Shown here in pieces: positions 17,581 through 26,972 of a DNA stretch of 32,000 nucleotides. Origin of the DNA: Vibrio cholerae ATCC 14035 (GTDB lineage Bacteria; Pseudomonadota; Gammaproteobacteria; Enterobacterales; Vibrionaceae); assembly GCF_000621645.1 (NCBI RefSeq), contig NZ_JHXR01000028.1:10368-42367 (forward strand), given 5' to 3'. The notes under the pieces are model-generated. The model was not told the origin of the DNA. It searched no databases and was given only the letters and a program-made list of their open reading frames with translations. The first letter of the stretch is position 1, and the number at the start of each line of letters is the position of its first letter. The position numbers and the translations under genes are program-made.

Positions 17581-18396
17581 ATGATGAACTCTCCGATTCA
17601 AGCCGTTATTTTCGATTGGGCTGGCACTATTGTGGATTTTGGATCCTTTGCGCCGACCTCGATTTTTGTTGAAGCTTTCAAGCAAGGCTTTGATTTTGAG
17701 ATTAGCCTTGCCGAGGCTCGCGAGCCGATGGGACTGGGCAAATGGCAGCACATTGAAGCCGTCGGAAAACTCCCAACCGTTGCGCAGCGCTGGCAGAAGC
17801 AATTTGGACGCCCGATGCAAGCCAGCGATATTGATGCGATTTACGCCGCCTTTATGCCGCTGCAAATCGCCAAAGTCGCCGATCACGCTGCACCGATTCC
17901 TCACTCACTTGAAGTGGTTGAGCAGATCCGATCGCGCGGGATCAAAATCGGCTCTTGCTCTGGTTATCCACGCCAAGTGATGGATGTGCTGATCGCTGCG
18001 GCTGCCGATTACGGTTATCGTCCTGATTATGTGGTTGCTACCGATGATTTAGCGCAAGGTGGCCGCCCCGCCCCTTTTATGGCACTCAAAAATGTCATTG
18101 AGCTTGGCGTGACCGATGTACGCGCTTGTGTGAAAGTCGATGATGCCCTGCCCGGCATCGAGGAAGGTCATAATGCGGGGATGTGGACGGTTGGTTTACT
18201 GCTGTCAGGCAACGAAGCCGGGTTAACCCTTGAAGAGTACCAACATGCTGATGACCAAACGCTACAAGCGGCGCGCGAACGTGCACAAGCCAAACTGCAA
18301 CAGGCAAAACCGCATTATTTGATCGATACGGTTGCAGACTTGCCTGCCGTGCTCGCGCAAATTGAGCAAAGATTATTAGCCGGTGAACGCCCTTAA
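17581..18396 (+). CDS. phnX: Phosphonoacetaldehyde hydrolase (phosphonatase) PhnX
   Basis: [28 protein letters not shown]... and [11 protein letters not shown]... are near-identical in pattern to Salmonella PhnX. It has the HAD DxAGT motif. Confidence 0.95.
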   Translation: MMNSPIQAVIFDWAGTIVDFGSFAPTSIFVEAFKQGFDFEISLAEAREPMGLGKWQHIEAVGKLPTVAQRWQKQFGRPMQASDIDAIYAAFMPLQIAKVADHAAPIPHSLEVVEQIRSRGIKIGSCSGYPRQVMDVLIAAAADYGYRPDYVVATDDLAQGGRPAPFMALKNVIELGVTDVRACVKVDDALPGIEEGHNAGMWTVGLLLSGNEAGLTLEEYQHADDQTLQAARERAQAKLQQAKPHYLIDTVADLPAVLAQIEQRLLAGERP

Positions 18397-18518
18397 GTGG
18401 TCAGTTCGTTTACTCTATTTCTCGTCCCCCTTCTAAAAATCTGGTTATCTATTGGGGACTTGAAATCTTCTGCTATGCGAGCTATGGTTAGTCCGACAAC
18501 TTAACAAAACTGATTGAT

Positions 18519-18548
18519 ACCGCCCTGTTTTCAGGGCGGTATTTATTT
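18519..18548 (+). terminator. Terminator-like hairpin after the phnW operon, 20 nt upstream of the rnk start
   Basis: accgccctg-tttt-cagggcggt followed by atttattt. Confidence 0.6.
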
Positions 18549-18560
18549 GGGAGGAATAAA

Positions 18561-18968
18561 ATGTCTCAACTTAATACTATCGTGGTGTCCACTCGCGATA
18601 TGGACAGAATCAGCCAGTTGATGGATAACCTAGCCACTTTGTCGCCAGAGCTAGAGAAACTGGAAGAAGAATTGGATCGCGCCACTGTGCTCGAACCTGC
18701 AGAGATGCCAGAGGATGTCGTCACTATGAATTCTACGGTGCGCTTTAAATTTTTGGGCAGCGATGAAGTGATGGAAAAAACCTTGGTGTATCCAAACGAT
18801 GTGAAAAGCAGCGCGGATGTTTCGATTTTCGCCCCTGTGGGAAGCGCATTGCTTGGTTTAGCAGTCGGTCAACAACTGGCTTGGCCAATGCCGGGCGGTA
18901 CTCTCAAAACCCTCGAAATCATCGATATCGTCTATCAACCTGAACGCGCTGGCGAATTCCACCGTTAA
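18561..18968 (+). CDS. rnk: Regulator of nucleoside diphosphate kinase Rnk (GreA/GreB C-terminal-domain family)
   Basis: 135 aa. EMPEDVVTMNSTVRFKFLGSDEV...TLVYPNDV...IFAPVGSALLGLAVGQQLAWPMPGG...YQPERAGEF parallels E. coli Rnk (EMPHDVVTMNSRVKFRNL...TLVYPAKM...[25 protein letters not shown]...YQPEAAGDY). Confidence 0.9.
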   Translation: MSQLNTIVVSTRDMDRISQLMDNLATLSPELEKLEEELDRATVLEPAEMPEDVVTMNSTVRFKFLGSDEVMEKTLVYPNDVKSSADVSIFAPVGSALLGLAVGQQLAWPMPGGTLKTLEIIDIVYQPERAGEFHR

Positions 18969-18976
18969 TCAGGTAT

Positions 18977-19005
18977 CTGGTGCAAGGTGGTTCACTTTGC
19001 ACCAG
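18977..19005. terminator. Strong hairpin between convergent rnk and yjjG (no U-tract)
   Basis: ctggtgcaaggtg-gtt-cactttgcaccag: a 13-bp stem with one G-U pair. Confidence 0.4.
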
Positions 19006-19028
19006 GAGCGCCTCGCTTATTCATGGCA

Positions 19029-19703
19029 TTACGCCAACAAAATCTCTCTCAGTTCATGCAGTGAAGTCACTTCATAATGTGGCGTAATGCCATCTGGTTT
19101 CGGGTGCTGATGAACATTGAGCCAGCAAGTTTCGATGCCAAAATTCAAGCCACCTAGAATGTCAGAATGTGGATTATCCCCGACCATCAGCACTCGGCTT
19201 TTGGTTGGGTTGCCCATACGCTCTAGTGCGTGGGCAAAAATGCCAGCATCGGGTTTAGCAATCCCGACTTCTTCAGAAATCACAATCTGATCAAAAAAGT
19301 CAGTCATGCCGGTTTTAGCCAGCCGAACATCTTGTAGCTCGGTAAAACCGTTGGTGATAATGCCCAAACGCGCTTTACCTTGTAGCGCCTGCATCAACTC
19401 CATCGCGCCCGGTAGCAAGGTACAAATATCCGCCATGGCTTGTAAAAATGCACTATTAAGCTCGTCAGTGGTGGTATTAAGCTTTTCAGCCCAACCCGCA
19501 AAGCGCGTATGTTTGAGCTGCGCGGCAGTAATATCGCCGTTTTGGTAATCCACCCACAGCGGTTTATTCACTTCTTGGTATTGGTGAAAATCTTGTTCGG
19601 TAAATTCCACGCCTTTGCGCGCGAACATCAGCTGCATGCCTTTAAAAGCATCGAAATGAAACAAGGTCTCGTCAGCGTCAAATAAGATCCAATCGTACTT
19701 CAT
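19029..19703 (-). CDS. yjjG: HAD-family pyrimidine 5'-nucleotidase YjjG
   Basis: [24 protein letters not shown]...[18 protein letters not shown]...[15 protein letters not shown]...[15 protein letters not shown] matches E. coli YjjG almost motif for motif. AAGGAG lies 7 nt upstream. Confidence 0.9.
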   Translation of the reverse strand: MKYDWILFDADETLFHFDAFKGMQLMFARKGVEFTEQDFHQYQEVNKPLWVDYQNGDITAAQLKHTRFAGWAEKLNTTTDELNSAFLQAMADICTLLPGAMELMQALQGKARLGIITNGFTELQDVRLAKTGMTDFFDQIVISEEVGIAKPDAGIFAHALERMGNPTKSRVLMVGDNPHSDILGGLNFGIETCWLNVHQHPKPDGITPHYEVTSLHELREILLA

Positions 19704-19903
19704 GATGATCTCCTTAAAATCAGGCCGACAGTGTAGTGTTTTTCGCGGCGAATGAACATGGTTATCATTTTGTTAAACCACCAGCAAATATGTAATTTAT
19801 TTCCGCCAACCGATAGATTCGGTGACTTAGCGCAAAAAGTAGCCCGACATTTCTTTTTATAAAGAGCCGTGAAGCGATACATTGAACGGCAGAAGGAGTG
19901 GTT

Positions 19904-20080
19904 ATGAAGCGTTTTTTCCCGTCAGTAGTGATGTTGATCCCGTTTGTGGTCAAACGTTACCCCGATCAGGAAGAGTATTCAGCGGCAGAAGATGGCGCGG
20001 AGCATGACACTCCTTCCTCGATGGCTCAAGACCATCTCACCGACACGTCTAAGGCGCATAAGCAATCTATGGAGGATTAA
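19904..20080 (+). CDS. Candidate small protein (58 aa), hypothetical
   Basis: The ATG at 19904 is preceded by AAGGAG (19893-19898) at 5-nt spacing. It encodes MKRFFPSVVMLIPFVVKRYPDQEEYSAAEDGAEHDTPSSMAQDHLTDTSKAHKQSMED. Its stop at 20078-20080 is 4 nt before the elbB ATG, and the elbB GGAGG lies inside its last codons. I recognise no homology. Confidence 0.4.
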   Translation: MKRFFPSVVMLIPFVVKRYPDQEEYSAAEDGAEHDTPSSMAQDHLTDTSKAHKQSMED

Positions 20081-20084
20081 TGTC

Positions 20085-20735
20085 ATGAAGAAAGTCGCGG
20101 TTATTCTCAGTGGCTGTGGAGTATTCGATGGAGCAGAGATCCACGAATCGGTGCTTGCGCTGCATGCCATCGAGAAACAAGGAGCCAGTTGGCACTGCTT
20201 TGCGCCGAATGTGCAGCAGATGCATGTCATTAACCACCTCACGGGTGAAGAGATGCCAGAAACACGCAATGTGTTGGTGGAATCTGCCCGCATTGCGCGC
20301 GGAAAAATCCAAGATGTAGCCACACTCAATGTGAATGAATTTGATGCACTTTTGCTCCCAGGCGGGTTTGGAGCCGCGAAAAATCTCACCGACTTTGCGG
20401 TGAAAGGCGCACAGTGCAGTATCAACCCGGATGTAGCTGCCGCTTGTCTTGCTTTTGCGGATGCGCAAAAACCTGCGGGTTATATCTGTATTGCCCCAAC
20501 CATCATCCCGATGATTTATGGCGAAGCCGCTCAAGGCACGATTGGCAATGATCACGGCACCGCAGCCGCATTTAATCAGTTGGGTGGTCAGCATGTGGAT
20601 TGCCCAGTAGAAGGCATCGTATTTGATGAAAGACATAAAGTGCTTTCCACCCCTGCCTACATGCTGGCAGAGAATATTTCCCAAGCCGCTTCCGGTATCG
20701 AAAAATTGGTTGAGCGCCTACTGCAACTGGCATAG
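20085..20735 (+). CDS. elbB: DJ-1/PfpI-family glyoxalase ElbB (sigma cross-reacting protein 27A type)
   Basis: MKKVAVILSGCGVFDGAEIHESVLALHAIE... is the typical ElbB N-terminus. GGAGG lies 9 nt upstream. The 47-codon upstream extension in the track (19944) has no support. Confidence 0.85.
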   Translation: MKKVAVILSGCGVFDGAEIHESVLALHAIEKQGASWHCFAPNVQQMHVINHLTGEEMPETRNVLVESARIARGKIQDVATLNVNEFDALLLPGGFGAAKNLTDFAVKGAQCSINPDVAAACLAFADAQKPAGYICIAPTIIPMIYGEAAQGTIGNDHGTAAAFNQLGGQHVDCPVEGIVFDERHKVLSTPAYMLAENISQAASGIEKLVERLLQLA

Positions 20736-20758
20736 TGTTTCACAAACTCAATCGATAA

Positions 20759-20789
20759 CAATGCCCACTTTAAGTGGGCATTGGTTTTT
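20759..20789 (+). terminator. Rho-independent terminator after elbB
   Basis: caatgcccact-tta-agtgggcattg followed by gttttt. Confidence 0.8.
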
Positions 20790-21005
20790 GTCCTCAGGCC
20801 AACACAGAGTCGTCATTTGTTGCACAAATGAAACGGCCGCATCAATAATGCTAGGTATATAAAATTTCTGGATGACGAGATTGCGCATAACCAAACAGCG
20901 CTATACCCTTGGTAACGTAATCGGTAGCGGAAAACCGTTGGCTTCTCCTGATACCGCAGTCACCTTCAATTCAACAATTTATTTATTCAGTTTGGAGAAA
21001 ACCCA

Positions 21006-21416
21006 ATGAGCTTACTTAAAGAGTTCAAGGCATTTGCATCTCGTGGCAATGTGATCGACATGGCAGTCGGTATCATCATTGGTGCGGCGTTTGGCAAAAT
21101 AGTGTCATCGTTCGTGGCCGATATCATTATGCCGCCAATCGGTATTATTTTAGGTGGTGTGAATTTTAGCGATCTGAGTTTCGTGTTACTTGCCGCGCAA
21201 GGTGATGCCCCTGCTGTAGTGATTGCCTACGGCAAATTTATCCAAACCGTGGTCGATTTTACGATTATCGCGTTCGCCATTTTCATGGGTTTAAAAGCGA
21301 TCAATAGCTTGAAGCGTAAGGAAGAAGAAGCGCCTAAAGCCCCACCTGCGCCAACCAAAGATCAAGAACTGCTTTCTGAAATTCGTGATTTGTTAAAAGC
21401 ACAGCAAGATAAATAA
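21006..21416 (+). CDS. mscL: Large-conductance mechanosensitive channel MscL
   Basis: [46 protein letters not shown] is the canonical MscL N-terminus and TM1. 136 aa. Confidence 0.95.
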   Translation: MSLLKEFKAFASRGNVIDMAVGIIIGAAFGKIVSSFVADIIMPPIGIILGGVNFSDLSFVLLAAQGDAPAVVIAYGKFIQTVVDFTIIAFAIFMGLKAINSLKRKEEEAPKAPPAPTKDQELLSEIRDLLKAQQDK

Positions 21417-21437
21417 CTCTGGATGATTTCCCCTTCT

Positions 21438-21463
21438 AAGGCGCTCACTTGAGCGCCTTTTTC
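21438..21463 (+). terminator. Rho-independent terminator after mscL
   Basis: aaggcgctc-actt-gagcgcctt followed by tttcc. Confidence 0.75.
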
Positions 21464-21567
21464 CATTTTAGCGCGCCGAATAAGAGTAAAAATCTCGTGC
21501 TTCAATTGATCAAAATCAGCAATCCGCTAAAATCCCAATCGCTCGCAGAATTCACTCCATAAGAATC

Positions 21568-21595
21568 TTTACAAGCCACAATTTATCGCTATGAT
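21568..21595 (+). promoter_or_regulatory. Sigma70-type promoter candidate for fhs
   Basis: TTTACA (21568-21573), a 16-nt spacer, then TATGAT (21590-21595). It lies about 50 nt upstream of the fhs ATG. Confidence 0.5.
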
Positions 21596-21599
21596 TTGC

Positions 21600-21615
21600 G
21601 CGCAAACGTTTTCCT
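21600..21615. promoter_or_regulatory. PurR box candidate
   Basis: GCGCAAACGTTTTCCT against the E. coli PUR-box consensus ACGCAAACGTTTTCNT matches 14 of the 15 specified positions (the 16th position is N). It lies immediately downstream of the -10 hexamer. Confidence 0.6.
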
Positions 21616-21646
21616 CACCATTTTTACCGCTCTAGATGAGGGTTTT

Positions 21647-23395
21647 ATGCTGCCAGATATTGAAATTTGCCGCGCTACACCATTAGCGCCTATCGACACC
21701 ATTGCTCAAAAAGCGGGATTGCACGCGAATGAGTACGAAAGCCACGGCCAGCATAAAGCCAAAGTGTCACTGCATTGTCTAGAGCGATTGGCCAACAAGC
21801 CCAAAGGTAAATTCATTCTGGTCACTGCGATTACCCCAACACCACTGGGTGAAGGTAAAACCGTTACCACGATTGGTTTAGCACAAGGGTTGGCCAAACT
21901 TAATCACTCGGTCATGGCGTGCATTCGTCAGCCTTCGATGGGGCCGATTTTTGGGGTAAAAGGGGGCGCTGCGGGTGGTGGTTATTCACAAGTTGCACCT
22001 ATGGAAGAGCTCAATCTGCATTTAACCGGTGATATTCATGCCGTAACGGCGGCGCACAACCTTGCGGCAGCTGCGATTGATGCGCGAATTTATCACGAGC
22101 AGCGCCTCGGCTATGCCGATTTTGAGCGCCGCACCGGCATGCCAGCGCTGCGCATTGACTCCAAACAGGTCATATGGAAACGCGTGATGGATCATAACGA
22201 TCGCGCGCTGCGCATGGTGACGGTCGGCCGCAATGAACCGGGAAAAAATATTAATGGTTATGAGCGCGAAGATGGTTTCGATATCTCTGCCGCCTCCGAA
22301 TTGATGGCGATTCTGGCTCTCGCCTCGGATCTACGTGATTTGCGTCGCCGCATCGGTAATGTGGTGTTGGCTTATGATTTGGACGGTAATCCGGTAACTA
22401 CAGAAGATCTGAAAGTAGCTGGCGCAATGGCAGTCAGCATGAAAGAAGCGATTGAGCCGACCTTGATGCAAACTTTAGAAGGCGTCCCAACACTGATCCA
22501 CGCCGGCCCATTTGCCAATATCGCGCACGGTAACTCCTCGATCATTGCCGATGAAATTGCCACCCGTTTGGCCGACTACACCGTGACCGAAGGCGGTTTT
22601 GGCTCCGATATGGGGTTTGAGAAAGCGTGCAACATCAAAGCCAAAGCATCCGGTAAAACACCAGATTGTGCGGTGATTGTCGCCACCTTACGCGGCTTAA
22701 AAGCCAACTCAGGCCTGTATGATTTACGCCCCGGCCAAGCGGTACCGGATGCCCTATTCGCGCCAGACAGCGCCGCTTTGCAAGCCGGTTTTGCAAACTT
22801 GAAATGGCATATTGATAACGTTAACCAGTATGGTGTGCCTGCCGTGGTAGCGATTAACCGCTTCCCACAAGATTGTGCCGAAGAACTGGAACAACTGGTT
22901 AAGCTGATAGAAGCCCTGCCCAACCGTGTATCGGTAGCCATTTCAGAAGGCTTTGCCAAAGGCGGTGAAGGCACCCAACTCCTTGCCGAAAAAGTGGTTG
23001 AGCAGTGTCAACATCCAACGAAATTCACTCCGCTCTACCATTCAGGCATACCATTGGATGAAAAACTCAAAGCGGTCGCGGTAAAAGGTTATGGCGCTGC
23101 CGAGATTGCACTGAATGATAAAGCCGCACAGCAATTAGCCACACTGCAAGCCCAAGGCTTTGATCATCTTGCGGTTTGCTTGGCGAAAACACCGCTGTCG
23201 ATTTCTACCGATCCCGCAATCAAAGGCGCGCCACGTGATTTTATCGTACCGATCCGCGAGCTGCGTTTATGTGCAGGCGCCGAATTTGTCTACGCCTTGT
23301 GTGGCAGTGTAATGACCATGCCCGGCTTACCGGAAAAACCTTCCTTTATGGCGCTCGATATCGATCAGCACGGCAACATCGTCGGCTTAAGTTAA
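21647..23395 (+). CDS. fhs: Formate-tetrahydrofolate ligase
   Basis: [13 protein letters not shown]...[17 protein letters not shown]...[11 protein letters not shown] are the typical FTHFS motifs. The track start at 21596 is a TTG inside the PurR box. The first ATG is at 21647. Confidence 0.9.
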   Translation: MLPDIEICRATPLAPIDTIAQKAGLHANEYESHGQHKAKVSLHCLERLANKPKGKFILVTAITPTPLGEGKTVTTIGLAQGLAKLNHSVMACIRQPSMGPIFGVKGGAAGGGYSQVAPMEELNLHLTGDIHAVTAAHNLAAAAIDARIYHEQRLGYADFERRTGMPALRIDSKQVIWKRVMDHNDRALRMVTVGRNEPGKNINGYEREDGFDISAASELMAILALASDLRDLRRRIGNVVLAYDLDGNPVTTEDLKVAGAMAVSMKEAIEPTLMQTLEGVPTLIHAGPFANIAHGNSSIIADEIATRLADYTVTEGGFGSDMGFEKACNIKAKASGKTPDCAVIVATLRGLKANSGLYDLRPGQAVPDALFAPDSAALQAGFANLKWHIDNVNQYGVPAVVAINRFPQDCAEELEQLVKLIEALPNRVSVAISEGFAKGGEGTQLLAEKVVEQCQHPTKFTPLYHSGIPLDEKLKAVAVKGYGAAEIALNDKAAQQLATLQAQGFDHLAVCLAKTPLSISTDPAIKGAPRDFIVPIRELRLCAGAEFVYALCGSVMTMPGLPEKPSFMALDIDQHGNIVGLS

Positions 23396-23450
23396 TTCTT
23401 TTCCAACTTACTCCCGTGCTTCTCTTAGTAGCAGCACGGTGATTCTTTCC

Positions 23451-23498
23451 TAAAAAGTTTCCCCTAACAAAAAGTTATCTCTGGCAAAAAGTTATCTC
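23451..23498. repeat. Three 17-bp-phased direct repeats upstream of msrAB
   Basis: taaaaagtttcccc (23451-23464), caaaaagttatctc (23468-23481), caaaaagttatctc (23485-23498). The last two are identical. Confidence 0.85.
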
Positions 23499-23570
23499 CA
23501 AGGCTGAAATTTCTGATCCAGTTTGCCGTTCTTTTTCTATAACTTTGTAAAGAACCAAAAGGAAATGCTC

Positions 23571-24707
23571 ATGAAACGACTCTTTACTTGGGGAGCGCCA
23601 CTTTTCGCCTTGCTGGCACTCACCCTTTCTCTGTTTAGCCAAGCGGACACCAAACCAAGTACCATCGACTCAACTTCAGCCAATTACCAGCAAGCGACAT
23701 TGGCTGGTGGCTGCTTCTGGTGTACGGAATCGGATATGGAGAAACTTCCCGGTGTCGTGGATGTGATTTCAGGTTATGCCGGTGGAGATGTCGATAACCC
23801 GACTTATAAGCAAGTCTCATCGGGTAAAACGGGACACATCGAGGTCATTCAAGTGACATTTGACCCGAAGATCGTCACTTATGAACAAGTGCTGGATCAG
23901 TTTTTCCGACACATCGACCCAACCGATGATCAAGGCTCGTTTGTGGATAGAGGTGAGCAATATCGCCCGGCGATTTTCTATCACAACGCCGAGCAACTTG
24001 AAGTGGCTAAACGTTTTATGATGGAGATTGACCAACTCGGCATATTCAAAAAGCCACTCAAAACCGAGTTGATTGAGTTTAAAAAGTTCTGGCCAGCAGA
24101 AGATTACCATCAGGACTACTACAAGAAGAATAAAGTTCGCTACAACTACTATCGCTACGCATCAGGACGCGATCAGTATTTAGATGAGATTTTCGGCGCT
24201 GACCGTAACACGAATCCGAAAACCCTTCGCCAGTGGATTGATGAGAAAAATGGGCAAGCGAACGTCAAAGCTTATGTCCGCCCATCGGATGATCAGATCC
24301 GCGCCAAACTGACCAGCTTGCAATACAAGGTGACTCAACGCGACGGTACAGAGCGTCCGTTTGATAACGAGTATTGGGATAACAAAGAAGAAGGGATTTA
24401 TGTCGATATCGTCTCGGGTGAACCGCTGTTCTCTTCCACCGACAAGTACGATTCCAAAACCGGTTGGCCGAGTTTTACCAAGCCGATAGATACAAGTTAC
24501 ATTGTCACCAAAGATGACAATAGCCTGTTCTACACGCGTACCGAAGTGCGTAGCCGCTTTGCCGATTCACACCTCGGCCATGTGTTTAACGATGGCCCTG
24601 CTCCAACCGGTTTGCGCTATTGCATGAACTCCGCCGCGATGCGTTTCATCCCCAAACAAGAGATGGCAACGCAAGGCTATGGCGAATATTTAGCTCTATT
24701 CAAATAA
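23571..24707 (+). CDS. msrAB: Bifunctional peptide-methionine (S)- and (R)-S-oxide reductase MsrA-MsrB fusion with an N-terminal signal peptide
   Basis: [25 protein letters not shown]|DT signal peptide, MsrA active site GGCFWC, and a C-terminal MsrB half (TGWPSF...RYCMNSAA). The ATG at 23571 is 7 nt from AGGAA. Confidence 0.85.
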   Translation: MKRLFTWGAPLFALLALTLSLFSQADTKPSTIDSTSANYQQATLAGGCFWCTESDMEKLPGVVDVISGYAGGDVDNPTYKQVSSGKTGHIEVIQVTFDPKIVTYEQVLDQFFRHIDPTDDQGSFVDRGEQYRPAIFYHNAEQLEVAKRFMMEIDQLGIFKKPLKTELIEFKKFWPAEDYHQDYYKKNKVRYNYYRYASGRDQYLDEIFGADRNTNPKTLRQWIDEKNGQANVKAYVRPSDDQIRAKLTSLQYKVTQRDGTERPFDNEYWDNKEEGIYVDIVSGEPLFSSTDKYDSKTGWPSFTKPIDTSYIVTKDDNSLFYTRTEVRSRFADSHLGHVFNDGPAPTGLRYCMNSAAMRFIPKQEMATQGYGEYLALFK

Positions 24708-24708
24708 T

Positions 24709-24836
24709 TATACCCTTCCTACTTGAAGCTGCAGCGGTGTTGGCTACGTTCGTTCACCCCAATCACATAGTGTATCTATGCTCATGGGGATGAACTCACT
24801 TGCCGCCTACCTGCAACTCCAAGTAGTTTGGGTATA
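24709..24836 (+). repeat. Full-length ERIC/IRU element (copy A), about 128 bp
   Basis: It contains ...cacatagtgtatctatgctcatggggatgaactcac... and ...ggctacgttcgttcaccccaatcac..., the reverse complements of the classical ERIC core (GTGAATCCCCAGGAGCTTACAT / AAGTGACTGGGGTGAGCGAACGCAGCC...TGCAGCTTGAAGTA). It has imperfect terminal inverted repeats and starts 2 nt after the msrAB stop. Confidence 0.85.
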
Positions 24837-24858
24837 GCTATTTCTATCCCAGAAAAGC

Positions 24859-24885
24859 AATCAGCCCTCAAATTGAGGGCTGATT
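24859..24885. terminator. Bidirectional terminator hairpin between msrAB and folE
   Basis: aatcagccctca-aat-tgagggctgatt, a 12-bp perfect stem. On the minus strand it is followed by gcttttct. Confidence 0.65.
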
Positions 24886-24926
24886 CATATTCACTTTTAA
24901 GAAAATGAATTAACTAAGAGAATGAA

Positions 24927-25580
24927 TTAACGCAAACCGTGTAGGAATTCCGCACGCGTTGCAGGGTTAGATTTAAAAATCCCCCCCAAAGCGGTTGTTG
25001 TGGTGACGCTGGTTGCATCCATCACGCCGCGAGATTTCACGCAATAGTGAGTCGCATCTATGGTAACTGCCACATCATCCGACTCAAGCAACGTTTGCAG
25101 CGCAACTAGGATCTGCTGCGTCATACGCTCTTGCACCTGCGGACGCTGGGCAAAAAAGCGCACAATACGGTTAATTTTCGATAAGCCGATGATTTTGCCG
25201 CGCGGGATGTACGCCACCGCTGCCGTGCCATCGATGGTGACTAAGTGGTGTTCACACGTGCTGGTCAGCGTGATGTCTTTCACTTTAACCATCTCACTCA
25301 CTTTCATCTTATTTTCGATAACAGTTATTTTGGGGAAGTTGGCATAATCCAACCCTGAGAAGATCTCATCCACATACATCTTAGCGATGCGTTGTGGGGT
25401 TTCTTCCAAACTGTCATCCGTTAAGTCCAGTCCGAGCAGGTTGAGGATCTCACGCATATGCTGTTCGATTTTTTCCTTTTTCTCTGCTGGTGTCGCCAAG
25501 TTGGGCTGCATTGGTGTTTCCAACCCTCGGCGCTCTAGCGCATCTTTCACCAACTTCGCGGATTCGCTAAGACCTGACAT
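24927..25580 (-). CDS. folE: GTP cyclohydrolase I
   Basis: [24 protein letters not shown]...[35 protein letters not shown]...[13 protein letters not shown]...[13 protein letters not shown] is near-collinear with E. coli FolE. The start at 25580 is chosen by that alignment. The track start at 25619 adds 13 unsupported codons. Confidence 0.95.
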   Translation of the reverse strand: MSGLSESAKLVKDALERRGLETPMQPNLATPAEKKEKIEQHMREILNLLGLDLTDDSLEETPQRIAKMYVDEIFSGLDYANFPKITVIENKMKVSEMVKVKDITLTSTCEHHLVTIDGTAAVAYIPRGKIIGLSKINRIVRFFAQRPQVQERMTQQILVALQTLLESDDVAVTIDATHYCVKSRGVMDATSVTTTTALGGIFKSNPATRAEFLHGLR

Positions 25581-25731
25581 TCCTCTACCTCTTAAATACC
25601 CCTTTCGGATGGCTGACAAGAATACTCGGATTTAGCGACAATTACACCCCAAAATTCACGTGGATTCTGCATCGCAGAAGGATTCTGTGCTACAGTTTGC
25701 CGCAAAAGAACAACAACATAGGACATTCCCG

Positions 25732-26967
25732 ATGGGCTGTTGCGATGCTCCCGGCTTAATGCCGATTGAAGATGCACTTAAGAAAATGCTGTCACGCATT
25801 CAACCCGTGCAAACCACTTTACGTTTGCCTCTGCCTGAGGCGCTCGGCTATGTGCTCGCCGAGGCGATCTTATCGCCCATTCATGTGCCACCGTTTGATA
25901 ACTCAGCGATGGATGGTTATGCCGTCCGTCGCGCTGAACTTGCGCAGCAAAAGCCGTTGCCCGTTGCAGGAAAATCGTTTGCTGGTCAACCCTTTACAGA
26001 AGAATGGCCGCCAATGACCTGCGTGCGCATTATGACGGGTGCACAAATCCCTGCCGGTTGTGATGCGGTGATCATGCAAGAGCAAGCGACCATCACCGAA
26101 GAGGGTGTGGTGTTCTGCCAGCATGAGGTCAAACTCAATGACAATATCCGCCCAACCGGTGATGACATTCGCCAAAATGATGTGGTGCTGGAACGCGGTG
26201 CGCGCTTAACCGCACGTGATATCCCGATGATTGCGACTCTCGGCATTAGCCATGTCACCGTCTATCGCAAACCGAAAGTCGCGTTTTTCTCCACCGGCGA
26301 CGAACTCAAACCACTCGGTGAACCACTGCAAGCCGGACAAATTTACGACAGCAACCGCTACGGCATTAAACCCTTGATTGAAAACTTCGGCTGCGAAGCG
26401 ATTGATCTCGGCATCGTGCCAGATTGCCCTGCCACTCTGAAAGCCACGTTTGAGCAAGCGCAAAGCTTGGCGGATGTGGTGGTCACCTCCGGCGGCGTCA
26501 GCGTGGGTGAAGCCGATTACACCAAAGATATTTTGGAAGAGCTGGGTGAAATCGGTTTTTGGAAACTGGCAATCAAGCCGGGTAAACCTTTTGCATTTGG
26601 CGCGCTGCAAAATGCATGGTTCTGCGGTTTACCGGGCAATCCTGTTTCCGCTGTGCTGACCATGTACGTGCTGGTGCAACCTATGCTTGCCAAATTGGCG
26701 GGACACAGTGCTTGGCAAGCCCCAGAATCGATCCCGGCGATCACTCGCAGCCCCTTTAAAAAAGCACCGGGACGGACGGATTTCCAACGGGGAATTTACC
26801 GCATTGAAAATGGCCAATTCGTGGTGGAAAGCACCGGCAACCAAAGCTCTGGCGCGTTCCGCTCAATGAGCTTGGCTAACTGCTTTGTGGTGCTTGAGCG
26901 TGAACGTGGCCGCGTGGAAGTCGGCGAAACGGTTCAAATCCAACTGTTTAACCCAACCCTGTACTAG
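25732..26967 (+). CDS. moeA: Molybdopterin molybdenumtransferase MoeA
   Basis: [13 protein letters not shown]...[12 protein letters not shown]...[38 protein letters not shown]...GLPGNPVSA is collinear with E. coli MoeA. The ATG at 25732 has AGGA 9 nt upstream. Confidence 0.95.
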   Translation: MGCCDAPGLMPIEDALKKMLSRIQPVQTTLRLPLPEALGYVLAEAILSPIHVPPFDNSAMDGYAVRRAELAQQKPLPVAGKSFAGQPFTEEWPPMTCVRIMTGAQIPAGCDAVIMQEQATITEEGVVFCQHEVKLNDNIRPTGDDIRQNDVVLERGARLTARDIPMIATLGISHVTVYRKPKVAFFSTGDELKPLGEPLQAGQIYDSNRYGIKPLIENFGCEAIDLGIVPDCPATLKATFEQAQSLADVVVTSGGVSVGEADYTKDILEELGEIGFWKLAIKPGKPFAFGALQNAWFCGLPGNPVSAVLTMYVLVQPMLAKLAGHSAWQAPESIPAITRSPFKKAPGRTDFQRGIYRIENGQFVVESTGNQSSGAFRSMSLANCFVVLERERGRVEVGETVQIQLFNPTLY

Positions 26968-26972
26968 GAGTG

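Noticed and set aside
19944-20084. 47-codon N-terminal extension of elbB (263-aa version in the ORF track)
   Set aside because: The canonical ElbB N-terminus MKKVAVILSGCG starts at 20085 with its own GGAGG. The extension has no RBS and overlaps the better-supported small ORF in another frame.
21596-21646. ZTP (pfl-motif) or THF riboswitch upstream of fhs
   Set aside because: fhs often carries a ZTP riboswitch in other phyla. Here the leader is only about 45 nt and lacks the conserved pfl sub-domains and pseudoknot sequence. A PurR box is present instead.
23451-23498. CRISPR-like array
   Set aside because: There are only three 14-bp units with 3-bp spacers and no cas genes. This is a regulatory-type direct repeat, not CRISPR.
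25581-25731. Moco riboswitch upstream of moeA
   Set aside because: The 151-bp spacer is shared with the divergent folE promoter and is too short for the roughly 140-nt Moco motif plus promoters. I could not find the conserved Moco helices.
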